Shown here: piece by piece, positions 47,407 through 57,747 of the stretch
Position numbering within the stretch: the stretch's first letter is position 1
Layout: every line of letters begins with the position of its first letter
Origin: Spirochaetes bacterium ADurb.Bin218
GTDB taxonomy: Bacteria > Spirochaetota > UBA4802 > UBA5550
Direction: 5' to 3'
DNA length: 64,000 nt
NCBI GenBank assembly: GCA_002069965.1
Contig: MWCI01000010.1
Coordinates: 4,144 to 68,143 of the forward strand
Notes under the pieces: generated by a model
What the model saw: the letters and a program-made list of their open reading frames with translations, nothing else
Told to the model about the DNA's origin: nothing
The model's database searches: none
Position numbers and translations under genes: made by a program

Positions 47407-48630
47407 CTACCTCTTATCATCAAGTCTTTTACGAAATATTGCATCACCATAAACTGGTTTATCAAATTCTATAACACAAATAGATCCAGGCCGTGCCATA
47501 TCAATAAGGTTGCCGCTTTCATCTCTTATATTTACAACCCTGTAGCTGGAATCAAGGATAGAATCTCTAATTGGAAAAATTCCATCAAGGAGATCCTCTC
47601 TGTAAATTGGATTAAATGTCTTCAGTTTTATTTCCTTTGCTGATTCATCTCCCTCAAGCCTGTATCCAGAGAACAAAACCTTTTTAATATACGGCACACC
47701 TGTAAAACCAAGATTTCCAAACTCATTGAAAAGATCATTTGTATAAGGTCTATGGCTTATAAGATCAAGCTCCTCAATAAAAAATGGCAACATCTTCTGG
47801 AACTCATCGGTTCCAGCTATTTTTGAAGCATATTTATAAATACGAGTAGTATTTGCACAATGATAAAGAGACTTCATCCTTCCTTCAATTTTAAAGGCAT
47901 CAACTCCAGCGTCAATATACTCCTCAAGCCTGTCTATAATGCAGAGATCCTTTGACGAGAGGATCTCTGTTCCCCTTGCATGCTCAATTATATCAAGATA
48001 TGAGCCTGGCCTCTTCTCTTCTATTAAAGAATATCTCCATCTACAGGGCTGAGCACAATCCCCTTGATTTGCATCCCTGCCAGAGAGGTATCGTGAAAGG
48101 AGGCATCTTCCTGAATAGGCAATACATAAAGCCCCATGGGCAAAGACCTCAATTTCTGCACCTGTATATTCCTTTATTTTCCTTATCTCATCAACAGAGG
48201 CCTCTCTTGCAAGGACAATTCTATGAAAGCCCGCCTCCATCCAGAATTTAACAGAAAGATGATTCAAAACATTCATCTGAGTAGAGAGATGAAACTCACA
48301 CTTAAGACCATTTTCTTTAAGGAGAATCATCATCCCGGGATCAGAGACCATAACTGCATCAAAGCCAAAATCTGCTATCTTTTGTATATATCTTGAAGCT
48401 GATGGGAGATCTCCCTCGTGAAGATAAGAATTTAGCAAAAAGGTAGTCTTTACGCCACGCTCCTTGCAGTAGGCTATCCCTTCTTTAATCTCCTCTGTAG
48501 TAAAATTATCTGCCTGAACCCTCAGATTAAATTCATTCCCACCAAAATATACATTATCAGCACCAAATTTCACAGCAAATTTAAGCTTCTCAAGATTACC
48601 TGCTGGTGAAACTATTTCTACACTTTTCAT
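47407..48630 (-). CDS. Peptidase U32 family protein
   Basis: N-terminus VEIVSPAGNLEKLKFAVKFGADNVYFGG and the overall length are typical of U32. AGGTG RBS. Confidence 0.85.
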   Translation of the reverse strand: MKSVEIVSPAGNLEKLKFAVKFGADNVYFGGNEFNLRVQADNFTTEEIKEGIAYCKERGVKTTFLLNSYLHEGDLPSASRYIQKIADFGFDAVMVSDPGMMILLKENGLKCEFHLSTQMNVLNHLSVKFWMEAGFHRIVLAREASVDEIRKIKEYTGAEIEVFAHGALCIAYSGRCLLSRYLSGRDANQGDCAQPCRWRYSLIEEKRPGSYLDIIEHARGTEILSSKDLCIIDRLEEYIDAGVDAFKIEGRMKSLYHCANTTRIYKYASKIAGTDEFQKMLPFFIEELDLISHRPYTNDLFNEFGNLGFTGVPYIKKVLFSGYRLEGDESAKEIKLKTFNPIYREDLLDGIFPIRDSILDSSYRVVNIRDESGNLIDMARPGSICVIEFDKPVYGDAIFRKRLDDKR

Positions 48631-48631
48631 T

Positions 48632-49561
48632 TTACACCTGTGAAAATTTTACATCTGCAATTATCTTATCAACGTTTGGCACAGTAATATCGTCAACTCT
48701 TTTACCTCTCACAGGATGAGCGCCAAAGTCTGTCATAATAGATTTATTACCAATGGCGCTTTCAGGGTAATCAGCATACTCAGTAGTATATAAAGGGACT
48801 TTAAGGCTATGGGCAGATTTTGCAGCCTCAAAAATACCTCCATCCTGCGGAGCCTCCACAATATAAACAGCATAAGAGAAAGCACAAATTACTCTATTTC
48901 GAATATAGGCAGAAAACTGATCAGCCTCTGCACTTGGGGGAAAAATAGAAATGCAAAGCATCAATGATGGATTGTAAATATCTTTTAAAAATTCAGGAAT
49001 TTGCAGTTTCAATATACCATAAGGCACAAAGGCAGTTGTCACTCCTCCAGTCTCCAGAGTCCCTCGCGTGGCAGCAAGACCAGCACCTTTGGCAAGTCCT
49101 GTAACAATATTTATCTTTTTAACGCTTAACTCCTTTGCTGCCATATAAGATATAAGCTCCCCACGTTCGCTTATGGTTCTTTCCCCCAAGATAGCAGCTC
49201 CAGGAATTTTAAGAATATTTTTGTTTCCAAAGACATATAAAAAAGGAGGTATATTATTCCCTAAAAGTTTATGAAGTCTTTCTGGGTAGTCCTTAGAAAA
49301 AAATGGTATAACCTCAATGTGAGCATCAAGAATATCCATGTACTCATTATCCACCTGTTCCATAAAGGACTCTGCCTCAATAAAAGCAGAGGCAACCTTC
49401 TCATTAAAATTAAATTCTGACCTTAACTCAGATATAGATAGCCCAAAAAGATCCGAAAGAGAAAGTCCTAAGGGTAAAATCTTTTTATAAATCTCCTTCA
49501 AAGTTGCAGGTCCAATTCCCTGCACCCTTTCGAGGGCAATCCAGTATTTTATGCTGTTCAT
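48632..49561 (-). CDS. dprA: DprA/Smf-like DNA-processing protein (divergent)
   Basis: N-terminal SAM-like region YWIALERVQGIGPATLKEI. Rossmann-like core IVTGLAKGAGLAATRGTLETGG. Confidence 0.65.
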   Translation of the reverse strand: MNSIKYWIALERVQGIGPATLKEIYKKILPLGLSLSDLFGLSISELRSEFNFNEKVASAFIEAESFMEQVDNEYMDILDAHIEVIPFFSKDYPERLHKLLGNNIPPFLYVFGNKNILKIPGAAILGERTISERGELISYMAAKELSVKKINIVTGLAKGAGLAATRGTLETGGVTTAFVPYGILKLQIPEFLKDIYNPSLMLCISIFPPSAEADQFSAYIRNRVICAFSYAVYIVEAPQDGGIFEAAKSAHSLKVPLYTTEYADYPESAIGNKSIMTDFGAHPVRGKRVDDITVPNVDKIIADVKFSQV

Positions 49562-49576
49562 AATAAATTCTGCTCG

Positions 49577-49909
49577 TTACAATATTGGATTCTTTATGTG
49601 CTCCTGAATATTTTTAAGTAAATCAAGATACTCTTTCTGTGCAAGAAGATGCTCCTTTACAAGGGCATTTTTCTCAAACTCAATTTTCAGCAATTCAAGC
49701 TCTGCCCCTCCTGCCTTTGCATCCTCTCCCTTTAAAATTTGTTCATTTAAGTCTCTGCCAAGCATCACAAGCTTCTCAAGAAGCCTTTGAGCAGAAACAT
49801 CATTTTTCATCCTATCAGAGGTTTCCCTGTACTTTGTGGTTATTGGATGCTCTCTGATAAGCTCTGCAAGCTCCCTTGCTTTATTGATTATCTCACTATA
49901 ATCTTCCAT
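49577..49909 (-). CDS. YlbF/YmcA-family protein (UPF0342)
   Basis: 110-aa helical protein. The pattern (KARELAELIREHPITTKYRE ... LLEKL ... EYLDLLKNI) matches the family as I recall it. Confidence 0.6.
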   Translation of the reverse strand: MEDYSEIINKARELAELIREHPITTKYRETSDRMKNDVSAQRLLEKLVMLGRDLNEQILKGEDAKAGGAELELLKIEFEKNALVKEHLLAQKEYLDLLKNIQEHIKNPIL

Positions 49910-49913
49910 TTCT

Positions 49914-50852
49914 CTACCACAAAATCTTCATTGGATTAATAAGCTGCTCATTATGCCACAGCGTAAAGTGAAGATGAGGGCCAGTGGATAAACCTGTAGA
50001 GCCAACACGCCCTATAATTTTCCCAGCCTTAACATTTTCTCCGACCCTTGCATAAATAACAGACATGTGGCCATATAGAGTTTTATAACCATCTCCATGA
50101 TCAATCACAACAGCTTTGCCATAAGGGCCATTCCAACCAGCACTGACAACAACTCCATCACGAGATGCACCTATTAAAGTTCCATAAGGAGCAGCTATAT
50201 CTATGCCATTGTGAAATCTCCTTTCATTATATATTGGATGCCGTCTATTTCCAAAAAACGAACTAAATCTTCCACCAAGGGGTGATCTAAACTTTTCCCG
50301 TAAAACAAATTGACCTGCCAGTTCAGGAGTCATGTTTTCCACACAGGGTTTGACATCCTTCACAAAAATAGCCACTGGTTTTTTCTCTTTCTGAAAAAAA
50401 GTAATTATATTATAAAAAACAGGCAGCCTTTGCACCTCAATATCTTTAATATCAATACCATGTTCTTGAGCAAATTTAGGAATATCAGAAAGGCTAAAAA
50501 CAAAATCCAGTCTACCCTTTTCTGATGGCACAACCACAACCTGTTTTTCCTTTGCAACTAAATCTTCCCAGAAAATATTTGCTCCTATCAGTGTATCAAT
50601 ATTCACCCCATAATTCTTTGCAATCTTCCAGAAATTATCCCCTTTTTCTACTGTAAGAAACTTAAAATCAATAGTATCAAAAGAGACCTCTTTTTGTAAA
50701 AAGTTAAGATAATTCTCTTCTGTTTTAAAGTATTCTCTATACCCCCTGTAATGTTCCTCTTTTATGTCGCTTCCATAAAAATGAAAAACTCCCAGAAGCA
50801 AAGAAAGAGCTACTGTAGCGCACAATATAATCAAAAAAATATTTTTTTTCAT
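49914..50852 (-). CDS. M23 peptidase with LysM domain
   Basis: LysM VEKGDNFWKIAKNYGVNIDTLIGAN. M23 motifs HNGIDIAAPYGT and GSTGLSTGPHLHF. Confidence 0.9.
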   Translation of the reverse strand: MKKNIFLIILCATVALSLLLGVFHFYGSDIKEEHYRGYREYFKTEENYLNFLQKEVSFDTIDFKFLTVEKGDNFWKIAKNYGVNIDTLIGANIFWEDLVAKEKQVVVVPSEKGRLDFVFSLSDIPKFAQEHGIDIKDIEVQRLPVFYNIITFFQKEKKPVAIFVKDVKPCVENMTPELAGQFVLREKFRSPLGGRFSSFFGNRRHPIYNERRFHNGIDIAAPYGTLIGASRDGVVVSAGWNGPYGKAVVIDHGDGYKTLYGHMSVIYARVGENVKAGKIIGRVGSTGLSTGPHLHFTLWHNEQLINPMKILW

Positions 50853-51005
50853 CCTATAACACCATTTAAGCTGTATTTTTTAAAAGACAAAAATATACCT
50901 GACAAAGCTTGTTTCTCAGGTAAAAAAGGTTAGTCTTTTTAAATATCAGAAGTTAACCCAATTTAACATTTAAACAAAGGAATAAATCAGGGCAAGAAAA
51001 AAATT

Positions 51006-51542
51006 TTACATATTCCTTTTTTTGAGTGAATTAACCATTTCTCTGAAGAGATCATAAAATTCCTTCAGTTCATCTTTATCCCTCAAAGGCCGGGGATTGG
51101 GCATTTTACCTTCAATTATTTCTTTCATATAATTTGACATAACAAGAATCGGGCCTGATATTCTATGAGTAAGACGCACAATCAGCACAAAAAGCAAAAT
51201 CCCCTGGAGAACAACGCAGATCAAAAGAGTTATCAGCAATATTCTATTATAGTCTGTGAGACTTTTTATATTTTTAAGATTCCTCTCGTGATTCTTTACA
51301 AGAAGTTCTGATATATTGACAAATTCATTCCCTGCAATGGGAGTCACTACAGAATCCTGCATCAGTTGAAATATGTTATTTTCAATTTCGTTTATGTTAT
51401 TGATCTTTTCATTATTATAAACTATACTTGCACTTATTGCAGCCATGATTATAATAGAAAAAACTGCAGTAAGAGCTATGACATAAAAGGCAGCTTTAAG
51501 CTGTAGCTTTTTATCAATAAGATATGTCTTTCTTTTTTTCAT
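51006..51542 (-). CDS. Small two-TM membrane protein with a HAMP-like C-terminal segment
   Basis: Start chosen at MKKRK (AGGTGG RBS). After TM2 comes RLTHRISGPILVMSNYMKEIIEG, which is HAMP-like. Confidence 0.65.
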   Translation of the reverse strand: MKKRKTYLIDKKLQLKAAFYVIALTAVFSIIIMAAISASIVYNNEKINNINEIENNIFQLMQDSVVTPIAGNEFVNISELLVKNHERNLKNIKSLTDYNRILLITLLICVVLQGILLFVLIVRLTHRISGPILVMSNYMKEIIEGKMPNPRPLRDKDELKEFYDLFREMVNSLKKRNM

Positions 51543-51560
51543 AAATACCACCTGAACTTG

Positions 51561-52148
51561 TTAAAAGTAATATTTCAAAACATCCATTTCATTCATCATC
51601 TTTAAAAAAAGCCTCACAGGAAGGCCTATAACATTAGTGACAGAGCCAGAAACACTCTCTATAATCATATCGCCATTTTCCTGAATGGCATAAGCTCCTG
51701 CCTTATCTGTATAATCCACAAAGGAAAGATACTTAAGAATATCATTTTCTTCAAGTTTTTTAAAGAAAACAGATGATACTTCATAGCCTATATCATTTAT
51801 AATAAAATTTTTCCTCTTCAGTGCAAGAGACAGTCCTGTTATAACATTATGCTCTCTTCCTGAAAGAGATTTTAACATTAAAATAGCATCATGATAAGAT
51901 GAGGGTTTTCCCAATATTTTTCCATCAATTGTTACAACAGTGTCCGCAGTAAGATAAAGTCCCTCTTCTCTATATTTTGATGTGATATAATTCATCTTTT
52001 TATTTACAATCCTCTGAACGTAGACAACAGGAGACTCACCAGGGGATACTGATTCATCTACCTCAGGATGTAAAACTGTTATATCTCCAATCAGCGAAGA
52101 AAGAATAGCCTTCCTCCGTGGAGATGCTGAACCCAATATAAACTCCAT
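51561..52148 (-). CDS. maf: Maf-like nucleoside-triphosphate pyrophosphatase
   Basis: ILGSASPRRKAIL and GAYAIQ motifs. The start overlaps the relA stop (TAATG). Confidence 0.9.
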   Translation of the reverse strand: MEFILGSASPRRKAILSSLIGDITVLHPEVDESVSPGESPVVYVQRIVNKKMNYITSKYREEGLYLTADTVVTIDGKILGKPSSYHDAILMLKSLSGREHNVITGLSLALKRKNFIINDIGYEVSSVFFKKLEENDILKYLSFVDYTDKAGAYAIQENGDMIIESVSGSVTNVIGLPVRLFLKMMNEMDVLKYYF

Positions 52149-54193
52149 TATTTCAAAACTACCTTTTCATTAATTTTATAAACATTGGTAACGTTTTTAA
52201 GCTTCTTTATCCTCTTCATAATATCAAAGAGGTGGTCATTATTTTTTACCTCAAGAATAAATCGCAAAACCGCTTTATCCCTTGATTCAAGCTGCGCCTC
52301 TGCCTTTATTATATTGCACCTGACAAGAGAAATTTCATCAGTGATATCTTTAAGCAAATTTGGTCTATCAATAGCCTCAACAGCAAGCTTTACAGGATAC
52401 TTATTGCTATCATCTTTGTCCCAGATTATATTTATAAATCTTTCACTTTCAATCTTTAATCTTTCCAGTGACGGGCAACTCTTTTTGTGAATGGTAATGC
52501 CTCTGCCCCTTGTAATAAAGCCAATTACCTCATCACCAGGTATAGGTTGACAGCACTGGGCAAGTTTTATCAAGACATTGCTATTGCCTTCGATGGATAC
52601 TCCAACTTTGCCATTTCCAGATATATTTTTTATCTTTAGCTGCTCATCCTCAGGGATTTTTACACTGGCCTTTTTAATCTCTTTTTTCTTTTCTTCTTTC
52701 TTTTTGAGTTCATCATCCTGTTTATTTATATCTTCATTATGCTTTCTGAGCCAATTCCTGATTCTGTATCTTGCACTGGCTGACTTTACAAACTTAAGCC
52801 AGGATTCAGAGGGTTTGCCATTTTTACTGGTAATTATTTCTACAATATCACCACTTTTGAGCTTCGTCTTCAGTGGAACCATCTTGTTGTTTACCTTTGC
52901 TCCAACACAGGTATTGCCAACCTCTGTGTGTATCGCATAGGCAAAGTCCACAGGAGTTGCCCCCTTTGGAAGTTTAACAATCATACCCTTTGGAGTAAAA
53001 ACAAAAATCTCATCTTCATAGAGGTCAAGTTTAAATGTAGAGACAAAGTCTCTTGTGTTCATAGAATCAAGATTCATATCGCTAAGGGAATCAATTATGG
53101 AAAGATTTTTGTAATCAGCCTTTGCGATTTTACCGCCCTCTTTGTATGCCCAGTGTGCGGCAATTCCCATTTCTGCAACAACATCCATTTCCCTTGTGCG
53201 AATCTGAATCTCAAGGGGAAACCCCTCAGGCCCAATAACAGTAGTGTGCAGAGACTGATACATGTTTGACTTTGGAACTGCAATATAATCCTTAAATCGG
53301 CCTTCAATAGGCGACCATATTGAGTGAACTATTCCAAGAATGGCATAACAATCCTTGAGATCCCTTGTTATGATACGCACACCTCTGACATCGAAGATCT
53401 CTTCAAGGCTTTTCCCTGACATAGCCATTTTGCGATATATTGAATAATAGCCCTTAGCTCTTCCCTTGACTTCAACCTCGATTTTGAGTTCCTGCAGTTT
53501 TTTGGTAATTATCTGCCGAACGTTTTCAATATAGTTTTCAATTTCATTTTGTCTTTGAGCCAGAGAGTTTTTTATATATTCATAATCCTCTCTGTTTAAA
53601 ACATAAAAAGCAATATCCTCAAGCTCTGCAGCAACACGGGAGATACCAAGCCTTCGGGCAATAGGTGCATAAATATCAAGAGTTTCTTTTGCTATCCTTA
53701 TCTGCTTATGCTCTGGCTGAAACATGATGGTTCTCATGTTATGAAGCTTGTCTGCAAGTTTAATTATTATAACTCTTATATCTTTAATTGTAGCCAGTAA
53801 CATCTTACGCAAAGTCTCTGCCTGAGCATAAGACCTGGATCTGCTCTTAATGGAAGATATCTTTGTAACACCTTCCACAAGCATAGCAACATCTTCACTA
53901 AATTCATTTTTTATAAACTCAAAAGAATATTGTGTATCTTCAATAACATCATGCAATAAAGCAGCACTAATTGTTATTGTATCAAGGCGAAGCATTGCCA
54001 GAGTGATTGCAACTTCCAGCGGATGGATAATATAGGGCTCTCCAGATAAACGCACCTGACCTTCATGAGCTTTAGCTGCCACATCATAGGCCTTTTTGAC
54101 CATGGCAATATCTGCATCAGGATTTTCCCTGAGGATTATCTCAATTAAAGTATCAATATCTCTTTTGCGAATTTTAAACTCAAATCCAGTCAT
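52148..54193 (-). CDS. relA: Bifunctional (p)ppGpp synthetase/hydrolase (RelA/SpoT homolog)
   Basis: HD hydrolase motifs (HPLEVA, LLHDVIEDT), synthetase motif (RFKDYIAVPKSNMYQSLHT), and TGS and ACT regions. 681 aa. Confidence 0.95.
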   Translation of the reverse strand: MTGFEFKIRKRDIDTLIEIILRENPDADIAMVKKAYDVAAKAHEGQVRLSGEPYIIHPLEVAITLAMLRLDTITISAALLHDVIEDTQYSFEFIKNEFSEDVAMLVEGVTKISSIKSRSRSYAQAETLRKMLLATIKDIRVIIIKLADKLHNMRTIMFQPEHKQIRIAKETLDIYAPIARRLGISRVAAELEDIAFYVLNREDYEYIKNSLAQRQNEIENYIENVRQIITKKLQELKIEVEVKGRAKGYYSIYRKMAMSGKSLEEIFDVRGVRIITRDLKDCYAILGIVHSIWSPIEGRFKDYIAVPKSNMYQSLHTTVIGPEGFPLEIQIRTREMDVVAEMGIAAHWAYKEGGKIAKADYKNLSIIDSLSDMNLDSMNTRDFVSTFKLDLYEDEIFVFTPKGMIVKLPKGATPVDFAYAIHTEVGNTCVGAKVNNKMVPLKTKLKSGDIVEIITSKNGKPSESWLKFVKSASARYRIRNWLRKHNEDINKQDDELKKKEEKKKEIKKASVKIPEDEQLKIKNISGNGKVGVSIEGNSNVLIKLAQCCQPIPGDEVIGFITRGRGITIHKKSCPSLERLKIESERFINIIWDKDDSNKYPVKLAVEAIDRPNLLKDITDEISLVRCNIIKAEAQLESRDKAVLRFILEVKNNDHLFDIMKRIKKLKNVTNVYKINEKVVLK

Positions 54194-54376
54194 AAGCTCA
54201 CATAAGTCTGTCCGTTAAAAACCAATAATTTAATTTAAAACTAAATTTCTTAAAAATCCTAATATTATATACGATAAAAAATTACTCAAAATCAAAGTCA
54301 AGATATATATTTTAAATATATAAAAAATTCAAGTATTTACTCCACCAAGTTTTTTAAAAAAATCTTTTCTATTAAC

Positions 54377-55291
54377 TTAACTGTAATTCATAACAACAAT
54401 CTCATTTATATACCCACGCCCTTCCTTTTTAGAATTAATAGAACGCTTAGCACAGACTCTAAGTATATTGAAATCTCCATAGAGCTTATCAAAAAAATCA
54501 TCGTGGGGATCCATATTTTTTGGGTCAGAATTACTAAGCATAACCCTTGCCCCACATCTATCAAGCTCTTTAAAAAGGTCTGCCAGCTTTTCCTGATCCT
54601 TATCAGAAAAATCGTTATTATAGTAAGATTTAAAGTTAGAGGTCTTACTTATGGGTCTGTATGGCGGATCAAAATATATAAAGGCACTACTTTTTAAGTC
54701 TTCAAGCACTGCTGTAAAATCAGCTCTCTTTATAATAGCTCTTTTCAAAAGCTCACTTACTGCAAGCAAATTATCCCTATTGCAAATCTCTGGATTTCTA
54801 TACTCACCTGCAGGAGTATTGAACTCCCCTTTCGAATTTAATCTATATAATCCATTGTAGCATGTCCTATTTAAAAATATAAAGGATGCTGCTCTTTTTA
54901 TCCATTCCTCGGAGTATAAGCTATCTGCTTTAAATCTTTTGGAATTGTAAATTACTCTTTCGTTATAGAAAAACTCCTTTCTCTCAAAATCCCCAAGTCT
55001 TCGATAACTTGCATCATAACATTGCAAAACTTCAATGAGTCTGCTAACATCTTTTTGAACAACCCTGTATGCAATTATGAGATCATCATTAAGATCATAT
55101 AAGTAAAAGTTATCCACGTCATAGTTTTGAGCTACCCAAAAAAACACTGCTCCACTTCCAAGAAAAGGCTCATAATAATTTTTTATCTCACCAGTTTTTA
55201 ATTCCAAAGGATAGAGCTGCTCAAAAAAGGGTAGTAGCTGACTTTTGCCTCCAGCCCACTTTAAAAATGGTTTTGCCTTTAGATTCTTCAA
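54377..55291 (-). CDS. dam: DNA adenine methyltransferase, Dam (D12 class N6-MTase)
   Basis: FLKWAGGKS, EPFLGSGAVFF and IYFDPPYRP motifs. Apparent TTG start at 55291. No restriction-enzyme gene adjacent. Confidence 0.88.
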   Translation of the reverse strand: MKNLKAKPFLKWAGGKSQLLPFFEQLYPLELKTGEIKNYYEPFLGSGAVFFWVAQNYDVDNFYLYDLNDDLIIAYRVVQKDVSRLIEVLQCYDASYRRLGDFERKEFFYNERVIYNSKRFKADSLYSEEWIKRAASFIFLNRTCYNGLYRLNSKGEFNTPAGEYRNPEICNRDNLLAVSELLKRAIIKRADFTAVLEDLKSSAFIYFDPPYRPISKTSNFKSYYNNDFSDKDQEKLADLFKELDRCGARVMLSNSDPKNMDPHDDFFDKLYGDFNILRVCAKRSINSKKEGRGYINEIVVMNYS

Positions 55292-55477
55292 TATTTTATC
55301 TCTTTGACATTATAAGTTTTTATAAACATTCATGAGGGCTATAATATGAACCCTTTTCTGTAAAGAATAAATCTCTCCACAAAAGACTCATCTTTAAAAG
55401 AAAAAAACTTGACACTCCTAAATTATAAATCCTAATACAAATCTGCATCTTGACTCTAATTAAAAAAGGTTAAAATA

Positions 55478-56689
55478 ATGAAGTTTTCTGACAGAATACA
55501 AAGAGTAAAGCCATCACCAACTCTTGCTGTTACTGCGATGGCTGCTCAGCTTCAGTCACAAGGAATAGACGTAATAGGCTTTGGCTCTGGAGAGCCTGAT
55601 TTTGATACACCTCAAAACATAAAAGAAGCTGCAATAAAAGCAATAAATTCAGGTAAAACAAAATATACTCCCTCTGGAGGGATTCCAGAGCTTAAGGAAG
55701 CTGTTGTTAAAAAATTTAAAAGAGACAATAATCTTGAATATCAACTTTCAGAGGTAATTATAAACTGTGGTGGAAAGCACTCCTTTTACAATCTTATTCA
55801 GGTTATAATTGATGACGGCGATGAAGTTATAATTCCCTCCCCCTATTGGGTTTCCTATCCTGACATGGTTTTGCTTGCAGGCGGAAAACCAGTATTCATT
55901 GAAACTGACATATCCACAGGATTTAAAATCAAGCCACAACAGCTGGAGCAAAAAATTACATCAAAAACAAAAGCCGTTGTAATAAATTCTCCATCAAATC
56001 CAACAGGGGCAGCCTATACAAGGCATGAGCTTGAAGAGCTGGCAAGGGTTTTAGAAGATAAAGATCTCATCATCATCTCTGATGATATATACGAAACAAT
56101 AGTATATGATGGATTTAAGTTCTTTAACATAGCAAACATCTCAGAAAAAATAAAAGAAAAAACAATAGTTCTAAATGGTGTCTCAAAGACATACGCAATG
56201 ACAGGATGGCGAATTGGTTATGCAGCTGGCAATAGCGATATAATAAAAAAGATGGATATTCTTCAGGGTCAATCTACCTCTAATCCAACAACAATATCTC
56301 AATGGGCTGCTGTTGAGGCTTTAAGTGGGGATCAATCTGTTCTGGATCACATGCTTGTGGCTTTTGATAGAAGAAGAAATTTTGTAGTAGATGGATTAAA
56401 CAATATACCGGGTCTCAAATGCTATAAACCAGAAGGAGCTTTTTACGCATTTCCCGATTGCAGTGAAGTATACAAACTCAAAGGATGGAGCAAAGTTTCC
56501 GAAAAATATAAAGATGATTACAAATCATCATCACTCTGTGCATACCTGATGGAGGAGGCCAGAACTGCAGTGGTTCCTGGAATAGGTTTTGGCAACGACA
56601 ATTATTTCAGAATATCCTTTGCAACATCTGATGAAAAATTAAAAGAGGGGCTAAAGAGAATAAAAGAAGCCATAGAAAAGCTGGTATAA
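55478..56689 (+). CDS. Aspartate aminotransferase (class I PLP aminotransferase)
   Basis: 403 aa. PLP-lysine region NGVSKTYAMTGWRIGY; also NPSNPTG. Confidence 0.9.
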   Translation: MKFSDRIQRVKPSPTLAVTAMAAQLQSQGIDVIGFGSGEPDFDTPQNIKEAAIKAINSGKTKYTPSGGIPELKEAVVKKFKRDNNLEYQLSEVIINCGGKHSFYNLIQVIIDDGDEVIIPSPYWVSYPDMVLLAGGKPVFIETDISTGFKIKPQQLEQKITSKTKAVVINSPSNPTGAAYTRHELEELARVLEDKDLIIISDDIYETIVYDGFKFFNIANISEKIKEKTIVLNGVSKTYAMTGWRIGYAAGNSDIIKKMDILQGQSTSNPTTISQWAAVEALSGDQSVLDHMLVAFDRRRNFVVDGLNNIPGLKCYKPEGAFYAFPDCSEVYKLKGWSKVSEKYKDDYKSSSLCAYLMEEARTAVVPGIGFGNDNYFRISFATSDEKLKEGLKRIKEAIEKLV

Positions 56690-56734
56690 CAGTTGTTTTA
56701 CAACATGCACTAATAAATAAATGGGGGGTTATTT

Positions 56735-57082
56735 ATGAAGTTTAAACTTCTACTCTACATCCTTGGCAGAAAGCTAATAAAAAAAGCCAATAGTGATGCA
56801 GAATTCAAAAAAAAGGTATCTGAAAAAAACTGTGTTGTTCAGATCAAAACTGCTGACAACAAAAAGGGCAGGTACTATACTTTCAGCAATGGAACAGTCA
56901 CCTCTACTGGTGGAATTGCTCAAAATCCTGCAGTATCACTTGTCTGGAAAGATGCCAAAACTGCTTTTGATGCAATGAAATCTGGAAAAACAATGGAAGC
57001 ATTGCAAAACGGATCTCTTAAACTTGAAGGAGATGGAGCAACAGCTCTCTGGTTTGCAGGCATTGCCAAGGAAGCAAAGTAA
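56735..57082 (+). CDS. SCP2/sterol-carrier-like small protein
   Basis: 115 aa. C-terminal GSLKLEGDGATALWF resembles the SCP2-fold signature. GGGGG RBS. Confidence 0.55.
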   Translation: MKFKLLLYILGRKLIKKANSDAEFKKKVSEKNCVVQIKTADNKKGRYYTFSNGTVTSTGGIAQNPAVSLVWKDAKTAFDAMKSGKTMEALQNGSLKLEGDGATALWFAGIAKEAK

Positions 57083-57103
57083 TCATTAAAGTTCTTTATT
57101 CTT

Positions 57104-57137
57104 AAAAGCCGCCCTTTTTATGGCGGCTTTTTTGTTT
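57104..57137. terminator. Bidirectional terminator between convergent genes
   Basis: aaaagccgcc / ggcggctttt stem with an 8-nt loop, followed by ttgtttt. Confidence 0.7.
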
Positions 57138-57144
57138 TAAAAAT

Positions 57145-57747
57145 CTAAGATAAAAATGACACAATCATTGTCACAAGCATAATAAGAGCAAGAAAAAGTG
57201 ACACAAAGAGGGCAACTGCAGGCAATATAAAAATAACAAGAGCCCTCCCGAAATCTATGGAATGCATCTCTGATATACCTTGAACAACTATGAGAATTCT
57301 CCAGATAAAAGCAGCAATAGAAGCCGCCACATAGAAAAAAAATGGAGCAAAATTGCCTACAATAAAAGGATAAAGAGCCGGAAGTATAAAAAGCTGTGGC
57401 ATAAAAGAAAAATTAATAAGCGGTATGAGATGTTTAACTCTACCTCCTAAACCATAAGCTTGAGCCACAGCATCAACCATAGAGCTATAAACAAAAACCA
57501 GAACAATCGTGACCATAAAAACAAAAATCCAGCCATAGCTCATCTTATGATAAAAAAATGAAGACTGTCTTCCCATCAGTGAAAGAGTCAGCATAGAAAA
57601 TAAAGCTGAAGCAGCAGGCACAACAAAACTCAGCCAGAATGGGTCCGGTTCTCTTTGAATAATTCTCCTCATCAAAGCCCGTGGGTCTATTATTGAATAG
57701 AGAAAAAAATCAGCCCATGTTAACGTTTTGAAATTTTCCAATCTCAT
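57145..57747 (-). CDS. Yip1-domain membrane protein
   Basis: 200 aa with five predicted TM helices. ATGA overlap with sppA. Confidence 0.65.
   Translation of the reverse strand: MRLENFKTLTWADFFLYSIIDPRALMRRIIQREPDPFWLSFVVPAASALFSMLTLSLMGRQSSFFYHKMSYGWIFVFMVTIVLVFVYSSMVDAVAQAYGLGGRVKHLIPLINFSFMPQLFILPALYPFIVGNFAPFFFYVAASIAAFIWRILIVVQGISEMHSIDFGRALVIFILPAVALFVSLFLALIMLVTMIVSFLS

Noticed and set aside
45996-47465. Looked for a T-box leader or riboswitch ahead of hisS, and for riboswitch-like leaders ahead of aspC, the LOG gene and the cbi genes
   Set aside because: hisS starts 5 nt after the U32 peptidase stop, so there is no leader. The other upstream regions are short, AT-rich and lack conserved structured cores. 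The cbi leader lies outside the window.
54303-54327. AT palindrome atatatattttaaatatataaaaaa upstream of relA, resembling the AT hairpin inside the 68-bp repeat unit
   Set aside because: In a genome this AT-rich, such A/T palindromes are expected by chance, and only about 20 nt are similar. I cannot distinguish this from low-complexity coincidence without genome-wide statistics.
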